Positions 45,718-56,027 of a stretch of DNA of 64,000 bases are shown piece by piece. The position numbers and the translations under genes are program-made. The notes below the pieces were generated by a model that saw only the letters and a list, made by a program, of their open reading frames with translations, was not told the DNA's origin and ran no database searches. The stretch lies in the IMG/VR virus record IMGVR_UViG_3300008110_010000, positions 124,001-188,000 of that record. The stretch is one strand, 5' to 3'. Each line of letters starts with the position of its first letter. Positions within the stretch are counted from its first letter, which is position 1.

Positions 45718-47442
45718 ATGGATTTATTCAAAAAAAATCGGGCTAAAATTCAGGATCTTCTTCAGGATACTCTTGAGATCATCCAGAAAAGATATAATCA
45801 AGCCAATCAATTATTTACAGTAGCTTCTGCTTGGGGACAAATATTATTTGTTCTGCAGAACCTTTCTCAGCTAATCCTTTACTTTATTGAGGATTCTATT
45901 ACTGAGCTTGATATTAGAAAAGCAAGTAGGGAAAGTTCAATTTATGGACTTGCTGCTCTTGCTGGACATAACGCTTCCAGAAGTACTGCTGCAAGGGGCC
46001 AGGTGGAAATTATATGGAACGGAACAGATGCAACAACTGTAGGCGGTGGAGCAATTCTAATTCCTAGATATGCTCAAATTAAATTTTCTAACGGTGGCGT
46101 TTCTTATGTTTTAAACTTTCCCCAGGAATATACTAGGATTAATCTAAATTCTTCTTCCAAGGTTTCTTGTGAAATATTAGAGGGAAGCATTAAAACTTCG
46201 ACATTCACAGGAAACGGAAGATCACTACAAAGTTACAACGTGTCTGACAGGATTACTTCCGCCATTGACAACTTTCAAGTTAAAGTTTTTGTAGACAGTG
46301 ACGAATGGAAGGTTTATGATTCTTTATATGATATTCCATTTAATGCAGAGGGTGTTTTGGTTAGAACCGGTATCAGTAGTGGTATAGACGTAATTTTTGG
46401 AAATTTAAATTTTGGAAAAATCCCTCCTACTGGATCCACAATACAGGTACAATATCTGGAAACCCTAGGGTCTGGAGGAAATATCAGTTCTCTTGAACCT
46501 GGAAAAATAGCATTTGAATTTAGCGACGACGGAACGGATTCTTTCGGTAATTCAGTTTCCCTTCAGGAGTATTTAAAAATAAACTGCACCGTTGCACCTC
46601 AGTTAGGAACCGATAAAGAATCCATAGAACTTACAAGAATTCTTGCTCCTAAAACCTCAAGATCTTTTGTTTTAGCAAATCCCGATAATTATATTACATA
46701 CTTTGAAAAATTTGGTATATTCTCAATTATTGAGGCTTTTTCAACCTTTGATGATCAATATCTGGATGATGATAATATTATTTATGTTCTTTTAGTACCT
46801 GATATAACTCAGAAATTAAAAACTAATGAAACGTATTTTGATATTGCAGAGACAGAATTCAAGCTGACAGAATTCCAAAAAAATAGACTTCTTCAAGCAA
46901 TCGAAGATAGCGGACAGAAAATTGTTACTACTGAAGTAAGAATATTAGATCCTAAAATTTCTAGGTATGTTTTAAATATACTCATAACTGTTTTTGAAGG
47001 TTATGATCCTGATACTATAAAAGGACAAATCATTGATTCTATTAGCAATTACTTTATAGGTATTAGAAGAAGAGACAAAATCCCTAGATCTGATTTAATT
47101 TCAATTGTAGAATCTGTTCCGGGGGTAGATTCAGTTACTTTATTTTTTATATCTGAAAAAAATGAACTGTATGCTAAAAGTGTAGAATCTCTTCCTGATA
47201 CAGATCCTAAAAAGAAAACGGTTTTAGGTTTAGATGATTTTGGAGATATTCTTTTTGATAAGGATGAAATAGTAATACTTACTGGCGGATGGTCAGACAG
47301 AGCTGGTTTATTTTATGATAAAGGAGCGGATTTAAACAAGTTATCTTCAATCAATATAGATATTAGAAAAACAGTTCCTGTTACCTACAACACAGAGGTA
47401 AATATGAAGAACAAGCAATTCATAAGAAATAGTAATTCATAA
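45718..47442 (+). CDS. gp6: Baseplate wedge protein gp6-like
   Basis: LAALAGHN, VIFGNLNFGKIP, IQVQYLETLGSGGN, GTDKESIELTRILAP...RSFVLANPDNY; follows gp25. Confidence 0.85.
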   Translation: MDLFKKNRAKIQDLLQDTLEIIQKRYNQANQLFTVASAWGQILFVLQNLSQLILYFIEDSITELDIRKASRESSIYGLAALAGHNASRSTAARGQVEIIWNGTDATTVGGGAILIPRYAQIKFSNGGVSYVLNFPQEYTRINLNSSSKVSCEILEGSIKTSTFTGNGRSLQSYNVSDRITSAIDNFQVKVFVDSDEWKVYDSLYDIPFNAEGVLVRTGISSGIDVIFGNLNFGKIPPTGSTIQVQYLETLGSGGNISSLEPGKIAFEFSDDGTDSFGNSVSLQEYLKINCTVAPQLGTDKESIELTRILAPKTSRSFVLANPDNYITYFEKFGIFSIIEAFSTFDDQYLDDDNIIYVLLVPDITQKLKTNETYFDIAETEFKLTEFQKNRLLQAIEDSGQKIVTTEVRILDPKISRYVLNILITVFEGYDPDTIKGQIIDSISNYFIGIRRRDKIPRSDLISIVESVPGVDSVTLFFISEKNELYAKSVESLPDTDPKKKTVLGLDDFGDILFDKDEIVILTGGWSDRAGLFYDKGADLNKLSSINIDIRKTVPVTYNTEVNMKNKQFIRNSNS

Positions 47443-47443
47443 A

Positions 47444-47698
47444 ATGTTTAATACTGAAAGAAAAAGTTATTATGACTACATAAATTCAACAAGAGATAAT
47501 AGATCAAATGTTGGATTCAACTACGAGGGGCAGATATTTGAAAAAACCCTGTCCTCTATAACACTTGAAGGCGACAAAAACAGGAAAAGTATAATGTCGT
47601 ATATCGAGAGGGTAGTTTATAGATTAATCGAGGCAACTAAGGGAATTAGAAATTTTGTTAACTACAGAGTTCCTAAAAATAATAAGTACGTTAGGTAA
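47444..47698 (+). CDS. Small baseplate-associated hypothetical protein
   Basis: Tightly coupled between the gp6-like and gp7-like genes. Confidence 0.55.
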   Translation: MFNTERKSYYDYINSTRDNRSNVGFNYEGQIFEKTLSSITLEGDKNRKSIMSYIERVVYRLIEATKGIRNFVNYRVPKNNKYVR

Positions 47699-50600
47699 TG
47701 AATTATAAAAATCTTCTATTTTTTAATAAAACTGGGCACCAATCAAATTTTGTTTGGAACGGAGAATTCTGGGAAACTAGATTAATGCTTCCTCAGGTAT
47801 CTGTGGATCTTTTTGAAATAGAACACCTGTTTATAATTGAAAAATTTGAAGATCTAAACGGAAACACTGTTTATGGATATCCTCATATAACCCCAGAAAT
47901 AAGTTCAACCTCTGCATCTGGAATATATGGATCTTTTAATTCTGGATCTAGAAAGGTTACATTAAACTCTGAACCTGTTGTGGATTTTATAGGATCTAAG
48001 GTTTTTTGTCAGCAGTTCCCTAACGGAAATCTTGTAACTGGTGTTAGTGTGGTGGATAAGACAATTGAGCTTGAAAATGCTGCAACGTTTTCAGAAAATT
48101 CCGTCCCTTTGTTTTTTAATTTATGGAGAGTTAGTTTCGAGACAACTAGAAACGTTTTAGATTTTGATGCTTTTGATCCTATTAGAGCGAGTATAACTAA
48201 GGGATTAGATTATATCACGACTTCCTCTGATGTAAGTGCTATTTCGGAGAATGACGAATTTTTAATGATTTTAGGAGACGGAATTCCTAAAGATGCTAGA
48301 ATTACAAAAGTTTCTGGAAATAAAATATACTTAAACAAGAAGTGCGAAGTTACTCTTAATAACATCACGGTTTTTGTATATCCTGTCGAGGAAAGAAATA
48401 ACATTTCTTCTTACATATATCAATACATCCTCACCGAAGATGGAACTCTGGATGCTCCTGTTTTAGAATCAATCAATACTAATTATTTAAAAATCGATTA
48501 TGATCCAAATGAAACTGTAAATGATTACTTAAGAAGCTCGGGTGAAATATATTCGGGAAGTGCCTCTGTTAACATAGCTCTTAATTCTAAAGAGGAGGGA
48601 ATATTCGGTAGAACATTAGTAATAGAGGATCTTTCATTAGGGTACCCAAAAACTGTAGCAAGGATAGAGATACACGGGGAAACAATAGGTGAAGATGAAA
48701 GATATAAAACAATTTTAAATAATTTTGGGAGAAGGTTAAATGCGGAAGACGCTTATATATTAAGAGATTCTGATCCCAAAGAGCCATTCACAGATTATGA
48801 GATTTTAAATGATAAGAGAAAAGAGCTTTTATTAGAAGGACATGAAATATACTCTTATTTAGGATCTTATAAGGGTCTTGTTAATGCTATTAAATTTTTT
48901 GGGTACCAAGATCTAAGAATTAAAGAATATTGGTTAAATATTAAAAAATCTGAATCTGAAACATCCGCTCTCAAACAAAATACGGATTTTTTAGAGAGGT
49001 GGAATGCTTTACCCGGAGGTCAACAAAATTTAATATCCAGTATAATTGACGATGAAAATTCTGGTAAGTATAAACAGGTAGAAATTTACGGAAAAAGAAA
49101 CGACGGAACTTTTGGTTTAAAATCCTCGATGGAAAAATTATTTCCATCCTCAAGTTTTAAGAAAACTGCACTCTTTGGTTTATTCTATGATATCAACAGG
49201 GTAGTTGAGAACCAAGAGGACATTTATGAATATCCCGTTGTGGAAAATGCTTTTGTTTTTTCTCCGGAGGAGGTACTTATAAAACTGTTTGGCTTAAAAG
49301 AAAAATTAAAAAAAGATTATCTTCCTTTAAATGCGAGGATTATTGATATAACAGGAGAAGGTGTCTATTTTGGAATCTACAAAACCAGAGCATGGACAGA
49401 TAATTTAAAGATAGATGAGTTAAATCAGGGAATTGACCTAGAGCTAGGATTTACCCCAGAATATGGTTACATAGAGGATTTAAGGCCCTTTTCAGTAAGA
49501 CCCAATTCTGATATTCCGTATGTTCCTTATGTTGGGGTGGAACCTAACACCTACGATTTTTCAACTTATGGAAATCTAGTAGATTTACCCCAGAACAATT
49601 TAAAACTCCCAGGTAAACAGTCCAAAGCTTTAGCTGATGCAATAAAGCTATTTTATGATGAAAGAAACACGAAGGGAATAAAACCTTACAGACTAGGTGA
49701 CGGAGATAATAAAAACGGGGGATACCGAAAACTATATGACGGGAAAGTTTATGATGTCCCCGCAGGATTTCCGGTTACGATGGAAATAACATCTTTTGTT
49801 TTAACATGGGACGAAGTAAATAATCAGTGGGATTCTTTAGATAGAAATATTTCAACATATTCTTCAACACTAGCATCTATTTCAGATGTTTCCGGATATA
49901 ACGATCAGACCCTAATAGACTCTAGCTTAAATTTTGAATTTAATCTTTCTACCATATTTGGAACCTTGTTCAATATTAATCTCCAAACTGGTATATCAAT
50001 TTTAAACCCAGCATCTGGTAAGGTTCAACTTAAATTTACTTCTAACACAGATTCCGATTGTCAGTTTCTATGTGAGGTTCAAAGCTATAGTACTCTCACT
50101 GGAATAGCTAATGTTAAACTTTTATGGGTTAAAAATGAAGGAATATTCGATGACTGGAAAGTAGAAATCGTTAACATTTTTAAAGACAATCTCGATTTAT
50201 CCTATTATGATTATTCTTTCAATCCCGACGGATTTTATTCTTGGGATAATCTTAGATTCGCGGGATTTTATGAGGTTGAATGGAAGATCACAAAGAAAGA
50301 TGATAGACCTTATTATTATGATCTAAGAGGTAAAATAACTGATTATTATAAACTTCCCCTTGTTCTTCCATATGATGGAATATATTCGGTTCAATGCAGG
50401 GTTTGGGATGGATTTAACGACATCTGTTCTACACACTATGAGAATTGCTTGGAAGTTAAGAAGAGGGAAGTTGAAATTGTTAGTGTTTCTAGATTCAGAG
50501 AAGCTGAAGTTTATACCTGGGATCAGACAAAACAGCCTTGGGATAATTTTGAATCGATGTGGGTTTTTCCCGTTGAAAGAAGACCAGAAGAACCTAAACC

Positions 50601-53600
50601 ATCTAATTTAATCCTAAATCCTGCTGAATATGGAAATCAATTTAACGAGGGTCAAAAATGCAAGATTTTAAAAGATTTTCCAGAAACTATAGGATCTTCT
50701 TTAGTTAGATTCGGTCTACAAAAAATACCTATGTCTAGCTTTACCAGTTCTTATAGTGGAACAGGTTCTGGTCCAGTGATTGCAACTTTAAATTCATCAT
50801 ATCTTCCACATTCTTTTATAAACGGGGAGAGAGTAACATTAATAGATGGATACAACACTGGGGCAGGAAATCTTTCCGGGACTTATCTAATAAGTAACGT
50901 TACAGCTACAGGTTTCACCCTTCCGATTATACTCTCAGGTTCAGTAACACCTTCCCTTATAAGTGTGGTTAAATCCGGGAGCATTACTGTAAAGTACGAG
51001 GGATCTAATTATCATACTGTTGATTTTAATGGAAGATTGGATACTACACTGGGCAATTTGATGAGTAAATTCAATGGGTTCACGAAAGATCCTGCTTTCG
51101 GGATTGATACTATAACTACTTCTCTTATTTCCACAGCTAACGTTCAAGAATGGATGGATGTTGTTTTTAAAACACCGATAGGGAGGGGAGCATTATACAA
51201 TGGTAAATCCCTCGAGTTTACTACGACCGGTGGCCTTTATCTATACGATGGAAGTTCTGCAGTTAAATCATATTCTTCACAATTCTCTGGAGGAATTAAT
51301 GCTTACTCTGATTATGTTGATTATAATTTTGAAGGAGATCTTCCAACGGAAAATACCAGATACTATGGAACCAAGGGATTAAACTGGGACTCTTTTGATT
51401 CTCTTTCTTGGAATAATTTATATTCTCAAACCTGGGGAATGTATGATTTTCATAATGACTGGTTAGGTGGATTTTCCCTTTATAATCTACAAAGTGGAGA
51501 TAAAATAAGGGTTAGTCAAAAGTCTAAAGGAATAATTCTAGGGAATGTTTCTTCCCCTGATGCAAGTCCAAATTATCTAGATTTAAGGGAAGCTGCTGAT
51601 CAATTAAATGCGTCAACAGATCCGAATATTTCTAGATTCTATTATGAAGTTAGGGGATTTTCAAAATTGCCGGAATATTTTAAGAACACTGGGGATGTTA
51701 TTTCCCCGGGTCTTACGTGTATAGCTAGGCCTTACAAAGAGGAAACCTTATCATATGATTTACAAGTTGGATCGCCTGCAATGGGTGCTCCTTTATCTAT
51801 AAAGCAAGATAGAGACGGTGATATAATCATGGGAGGAGTTACCTCTGTCAAGGTAATGAAATCCCCAACAGATATAGATTATTATTATATAGGTACTGAA
51901 TATCCCGGGTCTGTTCCAAGAAAAGTTTTACCTGATGAATATGGAAATTGGTGGTGTTATGGAGAAAGATGTGCTGTACCTCTAGTTATTTATAATAGAC
52001 AAAAACCAGAGGAGACAATACTAGTTAGTTCTGTTCTCGTATCCGGATTCTCCAGACCAGATCTCAATTATTTAGCTCCTGTCCCTGATTCTCAATTTCA
52101 AACAATATGCTTAGCCGTAGATGATAGGACTGAAAACTTTGTGATGTATGTTAAGTACATACAATCATATTCTGTTGGATCTCCAGAAGATTCCTATAGA
52201 TTAATAGAGTTTAATGCTTCTTCTAAAGAATTCGTTGTTATTTCAACTCTAGGTCCTTCATGGAATGCTAGTAGAACATATAATGTTGGAAGTATTGTTA
52301 GTAAGAATGGATTATCATATAGATCCCTAGTTGGTAGTAATCTTTCTCAAAATCCGGAATCATCCACAGGATATTGGGAATTAATTCCTCAAGAAAATAT
52401 TGGAATTATTGATACTACTCTGTATAGTATCAGACAGTTAAAGTATGAATATATTGGAAAGAAATCTAAACTTTGGATTGTTACTAATGGTGGATTAAAA
52501 ACATACAACGGGATTAAAATTGATACACTGGATATCAGTAACAGTGGTCTCCATACTAACGATCTTTATTCATTGGAAATAGATGAATCTGGAAGTAAGT
52601 GGATAGGAAGTTCTAATGGAATATGTTATTATGATAATATAAGATGGGGATGTTGGACGCCAACTACCAATCCAGAATTACCAGTCGGTAAAAGTAGAAA
52701 CATAGTAAATCTTGGAAGTGGAAGGATATTCTTTATAGTACAAACAGGAACAGAAATCTATGAATTAGTTTATTTTAACGGAATAACTTTTGTAGTTTAT
52801 TCAGATGATCCTGGAACCATAAACACATTTGGACCTATCTACAGTTTAGATTATGATTATGAAGATATTTATTTCTTTAAAAATAATGTAAAGTATATTG
52901 ACGGGAATTTTACTAGGAACGTAGGTGATTTATTTTATTTGGGGGATGAACCAAGAATAGGATCTCCTTATGTTAATGCTAATTATTGGGATCAATCCAG
53001 CGTTGGGTCTTATCCAACACCGCAAAACATCCACGCGAGAAAAATTTCTTTTGTTATTCCCTATATTCATGCATCGGCAAAAACCCCTGGAATTTCTGGA
53101 TGGGATTTTATTTATCATTTATCATATAGACCAGTTCCAGATCCTATTTATGTAAGAGAAAAAGGTATCGGAGAAACAGAAGTAAATTTCAACTTTATTG
53201 TTGGTCCTTTATACACTTCTTCAATAAATATCGGTAAAGATCCCCAACTTCCTTACGTTGATAGCAAATCGTGGAAAATCCCTAGCTGGATTAATTATGA
53301 TTTTAGAGATGTAACAGATTCACATCCTGGAATTGATATTGACAATCTTTTCCTCGATGCACCGCTTAGAGATATTGCTTCTGGTGTTGCATTAAAGGAG
53401 TCATATTGGAGAAACAGCAATGTTATTAGAAGCTCCGATAGGGAGATTGGAAATCTTCTTGATAGATTTGAATGGGTTATTAAAATAGGAGATACCCAGG
53501 ATGATAGAGGGATAAAAACATTTGTGGATGAAGAAGGGTATGTTTATGTTACTGGATTTTTCTCAGGAACTATAAGTTTTGGATCTAAGAATAACCTACC

Positions 53601-55227
53601 AATAGGTGCAAATACAACTCTTGCTTCTAATAGCTGTAGATCAATATTTGTTGCTAAGTATAACCAATTTGGTGTTGTACAATGGGCGAGAAAATATGGA
53701 GATGCAAGCTTTAGTGGATTTGCGGATTATGATTTTACCCCAACCGGAATCAAGGTTGATAGGGTAGGTAACGTAGTTGTTGTCGGGTATAAGGAAAAAA
53801 ATAGAAATAACACAACATCAGAACTTCCTACCAATATCTACTTAAAATGGAATTGGAATGCTGTTTTTGTTAGTGGTACTAATTTATTTTCGCCTTCCAG
53901 TGATACTGCTAGAGATTTGATAAAAGATCTTGCTATAGACCAGGTTGGTAACGTTTATGTTGCTGGAATATTTAGTGGAACACTTTCTGCTGGAAACTTC
54001 TCAATATCCAGTTCTGGATCAGACCCTGAAGTCTTTGTAGCTAGGATCGAGGGTGACGGGAACGTAAAATGGCTTTATAAAGCAAATAGCGGAGGAATTG
54101 AAGAAAATCCTTCTATTCAAATAGGAAAGGATTATGAAGATCTTTATTTGGCATACAGTTCCAGAGTAGGATCTGTTCAGAATTTAATTCTCTCAAAATT
54201 CATTAGCTATGATTTTCATATAGAGTGGACAAGATCCTATAGAAATAGTGATCATTCGAATTATCACATAAGTCCAAGAATTAAAGTCTCAGGGAACGGA
54301 GAAATTGCTCTTGGTGCTACTTTTTCTGGATTTATCGAAGTAGAGGGTAACGTTATATCTTCTAACGGGGACAAAGATATAGCAATCATGAAATTTAACG
54401 GATACAGAAATCTTTGGGCAAAATCTGTAGGATCTAAGGATGCAGATTATTGCCAGGACGTAGAAATAGATTCTGAAGGTAACCTTTATATTTTGGGATC
54501 ATACGACGGACCTTTAATAGCTTCACCGGAATTTTCTTCCCCTAGCTATTATCCATCCCCCGAAGGAAATAGCGACATTGTTTTATTTAAATATGATCAT
54601 CACGGAATACTTCTTGATATAGTTGATGCTGGGGGTATTAATAGAGATGAGGGTATATCTCTTTCACTAGATAAAGAAGATAATATTTATTTAACCGGAT
54701 ATATTTCAGGAGAATCGGAATTTTCAAACTGGATTGCTTCACCAAGTGGAGGAGAGGATGCATTTATTGGAAAAATTACAAATCTAAAATATAGAACCGG
54801 TAAAAATATAGGAGGAGTATATTCTTGGTTTGGTACTGGATCTTGGACATCTGGCGAAAGAAAAATCTCAAATAAAGAATTTGAAGTTCCTATGGGAACT
54901 ACCGTTATTTTTAACCCGATAGATTCTTTAATACCTGGTCAGAAGAATATAGTTTACACCCTAATTAACGATGATGATGACGAAAATCTGATTGAAATAA
55001 AAGATGCTCATGCTTTCATCTGGACATTTAATCAGCCAGGATTTTATACCCTACGAGCTAAGATCGAAGATACTAATGGAAATATTTATATCCACGATAA
55101 AAAAGGATACATTAGAGTTATAGATCACAAGAACCCACCCCCAGGAGAAATAGTTGAATACGTAAACAGCGAAACCTTTAGGAAAAGAGCGATCTACGAG
55201 AAAAAGACTATGCCTCAGATAATTTAA
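47698..55227 (+). CDS. 2509-aa baseplate wedge protein (gp7-like) carrying CBM5/12-like, beta-propeller and PKD-like modules
   Basis: YSYLGSYKGLVNAIKFFGY (gp7/gpI-type). WNASRTYNVGSIVSKNGLSYRS...PESSTGYW (CBM5/12-like); SGLHTNDLYSLEIDESGSKWIG (Reg_prop-like); repeated D..GNVYVxG.FSGT (SBBP-like); WTFNQPGFYTL. Confidence 0.7.
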   Translation: MNYKNLLFFNKTGHQSNFVWNGEFWETRLMLPQVSVDLFEIEHLFIIEKFEDLNGNTVYGYPHITPEISSTSASGIYGSFNSGSRKVTLNSEPVVDFIGSKVFCQQFPNGNLVTGVSVVDKTIELENAATFSENSVPLFFNLWRVSFETTRNVLDFDAFDPIRASITKGLDYITTSSDVSAISENDEFLMILGDGIPKDARITKVSGNKIYLNKKCEVTLNNITVFVYPVEERNNISSYIYQYILTEDGTLDAPVLESINTNYLKIDYDPNETVNDYLRSSGEIYSGSASVNIALNSKEEGIFGRTLVIEDLSLGYPKTVARIEIHGETIGEDERYKTILNNFGRRLNAEDAYILRDSDPKEPFTDYEILNDKRKELLLEGHEIYSYLGSYKGLVNAIKFFGYQDLRIKEYWLNIKKSESETSALKQNTDFLERWNALPGGQQNLISSIIDDENSGKYKQVEIYGKRNDGTFGLKSSMEKLFPSSSFKKTALFGLFYDINRVVENQEDIYEYPVVENAFVFSPEEVLIKLFGLKEKLKKDYLPLNARIIDITGEGVYFGIYKTRAWTDNLKIDELNQGIDLELGFTPEYGYIEDLRPFSVRPNSDIPYVPYVGVEPNTYDFSTYGNLVDLPQNNLKLPGKQSKALADAIKLFYDERNTKGIKPYRLGDGDNKNGGYRKLYDGKVYDVPAGFPVTMEITSFVLTWDEVNNQWDSLDRNISTYSSTLASISDVSGYNDQTLIDSSLNFEFNLSTIFGTLFNINLQTGISILNPASGKVQLKFTSNTDSDCQFLCEVQSYSTLTGIANVKLLWVKNEGIFDDWKVEIVNIFKDNLDLSYYDYSFNPDGFYSWDNLRFAGFYEVEWKITKKDDRPYYYDLRGKITDYYKLPLVLPYDGIYSVQCRVWDGFNDICSTHYENCLEVKKREVEIVSVSRFREAEVYTWDQTKQPWDNFESMWVFPVERRPEEPKPSNLILNPAEYGNQFNEGQKCKILKDFPETIGSSLVRFGLQKIPMSSFTSSYSGTGSGPVIATLNSSYLPHSFINGERVTLIDGYNTGAGNLSGTYLISNVTATGFTLPIILSGSVTPSLISVVKSGSITVKYEGSNYHTVDFNGRLDTTLGNLMSKFNGFTKDPAFGIDTITTSLISTANVQEWMDVVFKTPIGRGALYNGKSLEFTTTGGLYLYDGSSAVKSYSSQFSGGINAYSDYVDYNFEGDLPTENTRYYGTKGLNWDSFDSLSWNNLYSQTWGMYDFHNDWLGGFSLYNLQSGDKIRVSQKSKGIILGNVSSPDASPNYLDLREAADQLNASTDPNISRFYYEVRGFSKLPEYFKNTGDVISPGLTCIARPYKEETLSYDLQVGSPAMGAPLSIKQDRDGDIIMGGVTSVKVMKSPTDIDYYYIGTEYPGSVPRKVLPDEYGNWWCYGERCAVPLVIYNRQKPEETILVSSVLVSGFSRPDLNYLAPVPDSQFQTICLAVDDRTENFVMYVKYIQSYSVGSPEDSYRLIEFNASSKEFVVISTLGPSWNASRTYNVGSIVSKNGLSYRSLVGSNLSQNPESSTGYWELIPQENIGIIDTTLYSIRQLKYEYIGKKSKLWIVTNGGLKTYNGIKIDTLDISNSGLHTNDLYSLEIDESGSKWIGSSNGICYYDNIRWGCWTPTTNPELPVGKSRNIVNLGSGRIFFIVQTGTEIYELVYFNGITFVVYSDDPGTINTFGPIYSLDYDYEDIYFFKNNVKYIDGNFTRNVGDLFYLGDEPRIGSPYVNANYWDQSSVGSYPTPQNIHARKISFVIPYIHASAKTPGISGWDFIYHLSYRPVPDPIYVREKGIGETEVNFNFIVGPLYTSSINIGKDPQLPYVDSKSWKIPSWINYDFRDVTDSHPGIDIDNLFLDAPLRDIASGVALKESYWRNSNVIRSSDREIGNLLDRFEWVIKIGDTQDDRGIKTFVDEEGYVYVTGFFSGTISFGSKNNLPIGANTTLASNSCRSIFVAKYNQFGVVQWARKYGDASFSGFADYDFTPTGIKVDRVGNVVVVGYKEKNRNNTTSELPTNIYLKWNWNAVFVSGTNLFSPSSDTARDLIKDLAIDQVGNVYVAGIFSGTLSAGNFSISSSGSDPEVFVARIEGDGNVKWLYKANSGGIEENPSIQIGKDYEDLYLAYSSRVGSVQNLILSKFISYDFHIEWTRSYRNSDHSNYHISPRIKVSGNGEIALGATFSGFIEVEGNVISSNGDKDIAIMKFNGYRNLWAKSVGSKDADYCQDVEIDSEGNLYILGSYDGPLIASPEFSSPSYYPSPEGNSDIVLFKYDHHGILLDIVDAGGINRDEGISLSLDKEDNIYLTGYISGESEFSNWIASPSGGEDAFIGKITNLKYRTGKNIGGVYSWFGTGSWTSGERKISNKEFEVPMGTTVIFNPIDSLIPGQKNIVYTLINDDDDENLIEIKDAHAFIWTFNQPGFYTLRAKIEDTNGNIYIHDKKGYIRVIDHKNPPPGEIVEYVNSETFRKRAIYEKKTMPQII

Positions 55228-55908
55228 TTATCTGTCTCTGTATTCAGTATAAACCCCAAGAATTTCTGGAACAATAGGATGCCTGTGATTTTTCTTGAGA
55301 GAAATGACTTTAACCCCATCTACCCTAGAAGACACTGTATTTAAAAAATCCAATCCAGAGTCTTTTTTGATTTTTAAGTCTATTTGGGAAATATCACCAC
55401 AGATCATAATTTTAGAAGCTATACCAAGTCTTCCCAAAACCATTTCCATTTGTGAGTTAGTAACGTTTTGAGCTTCGTCAACAATGACACAGGCATGAAG
55501 AAATGTTCTACCTCTCATAAAAGGGAAGGGAAGAATTTCAATTATCTCGTCAGCAACCATTTTATCTATTTTTTCTTTATCGTATAAAAGATAAAGATTG
55601 GAATAAATTGGAGCTAGCCAAGGGTCCATTTTTTCTTTAAGATCTCCGGGAAGAAATCCTATATCTTCCTTAGCTACCGTTGGTCTTGTTATTATAACCT
55701 TTTCAACTTCCCGGTTAAAAAGAAGATCTAGAGCTATCTGACAAGCTAGAAGTGTTTTTCCCGATCCTGCCATACCCCTGATAACTGTTACTGGGTTTTC
55801 TAAAATTATAGATTTAGCTTCCTTTTGTTCCTCGTTAAGCTGAAGTTTAAACTTAATAGGGCCCTTCACTTTCCCCTTGATAGGAGATTCCTTTGTTGTT
55901 TTTTCCAT
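55228..55908 (-). CDS. phoH: PhoH-family ATPase
   Basis: GMAGSGKT, ITRPTV, GFLPGDLKEKMDPW, FMRGRTF, DEAQN, GDISQID, NHRHPIV. Confidence 0.95.
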   Translation of the reverse strand: MEKTTKESPIKGKVKGPIKFKLQLNEEQKEAKSIILENPVTVIRGMAGSGKTLLACQIALDLLFNREVEKVIITRPTVAKEDIGFLPGDLKEKMDPWLAPIYSNLYLLYDKEKIDKMVADEIIEILPFPFMRGRTFLHACVIVDEAQNVTNSQMEMVLGRLGIASKIMICGDISQIDLKIKKDSGLDFLNTVSSRVDGVKVISLKKNHRHPIVPEILGVYTEYRDR

Positions 55909-55997
55909 AAAATTTGGGATTAATTTGTGAGAAACTTAAGAATTTTTTACCGTATGATCTAAGCATGCAAGAATTATTTCTTCGTTCGGTCTTGTAT

Positions 55998-56005
55998 GAT
56001 ATATA
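55998..56005 (+). promoter_or_regulatory. Putative late promoter motif GATATATA
   Basis: Exact motif 22 nt upstream of ATG 56028 in the divergent phoH intergenic region. Confidence 0.65.
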
Positions 56006-56027
56006 TATTCAGAATAAAAAATAACAA

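Noticed and set aside
55228-55908. phoH as a novel auxiliary gene
   Set aside because: It is widespread in T4-like and other large phages.
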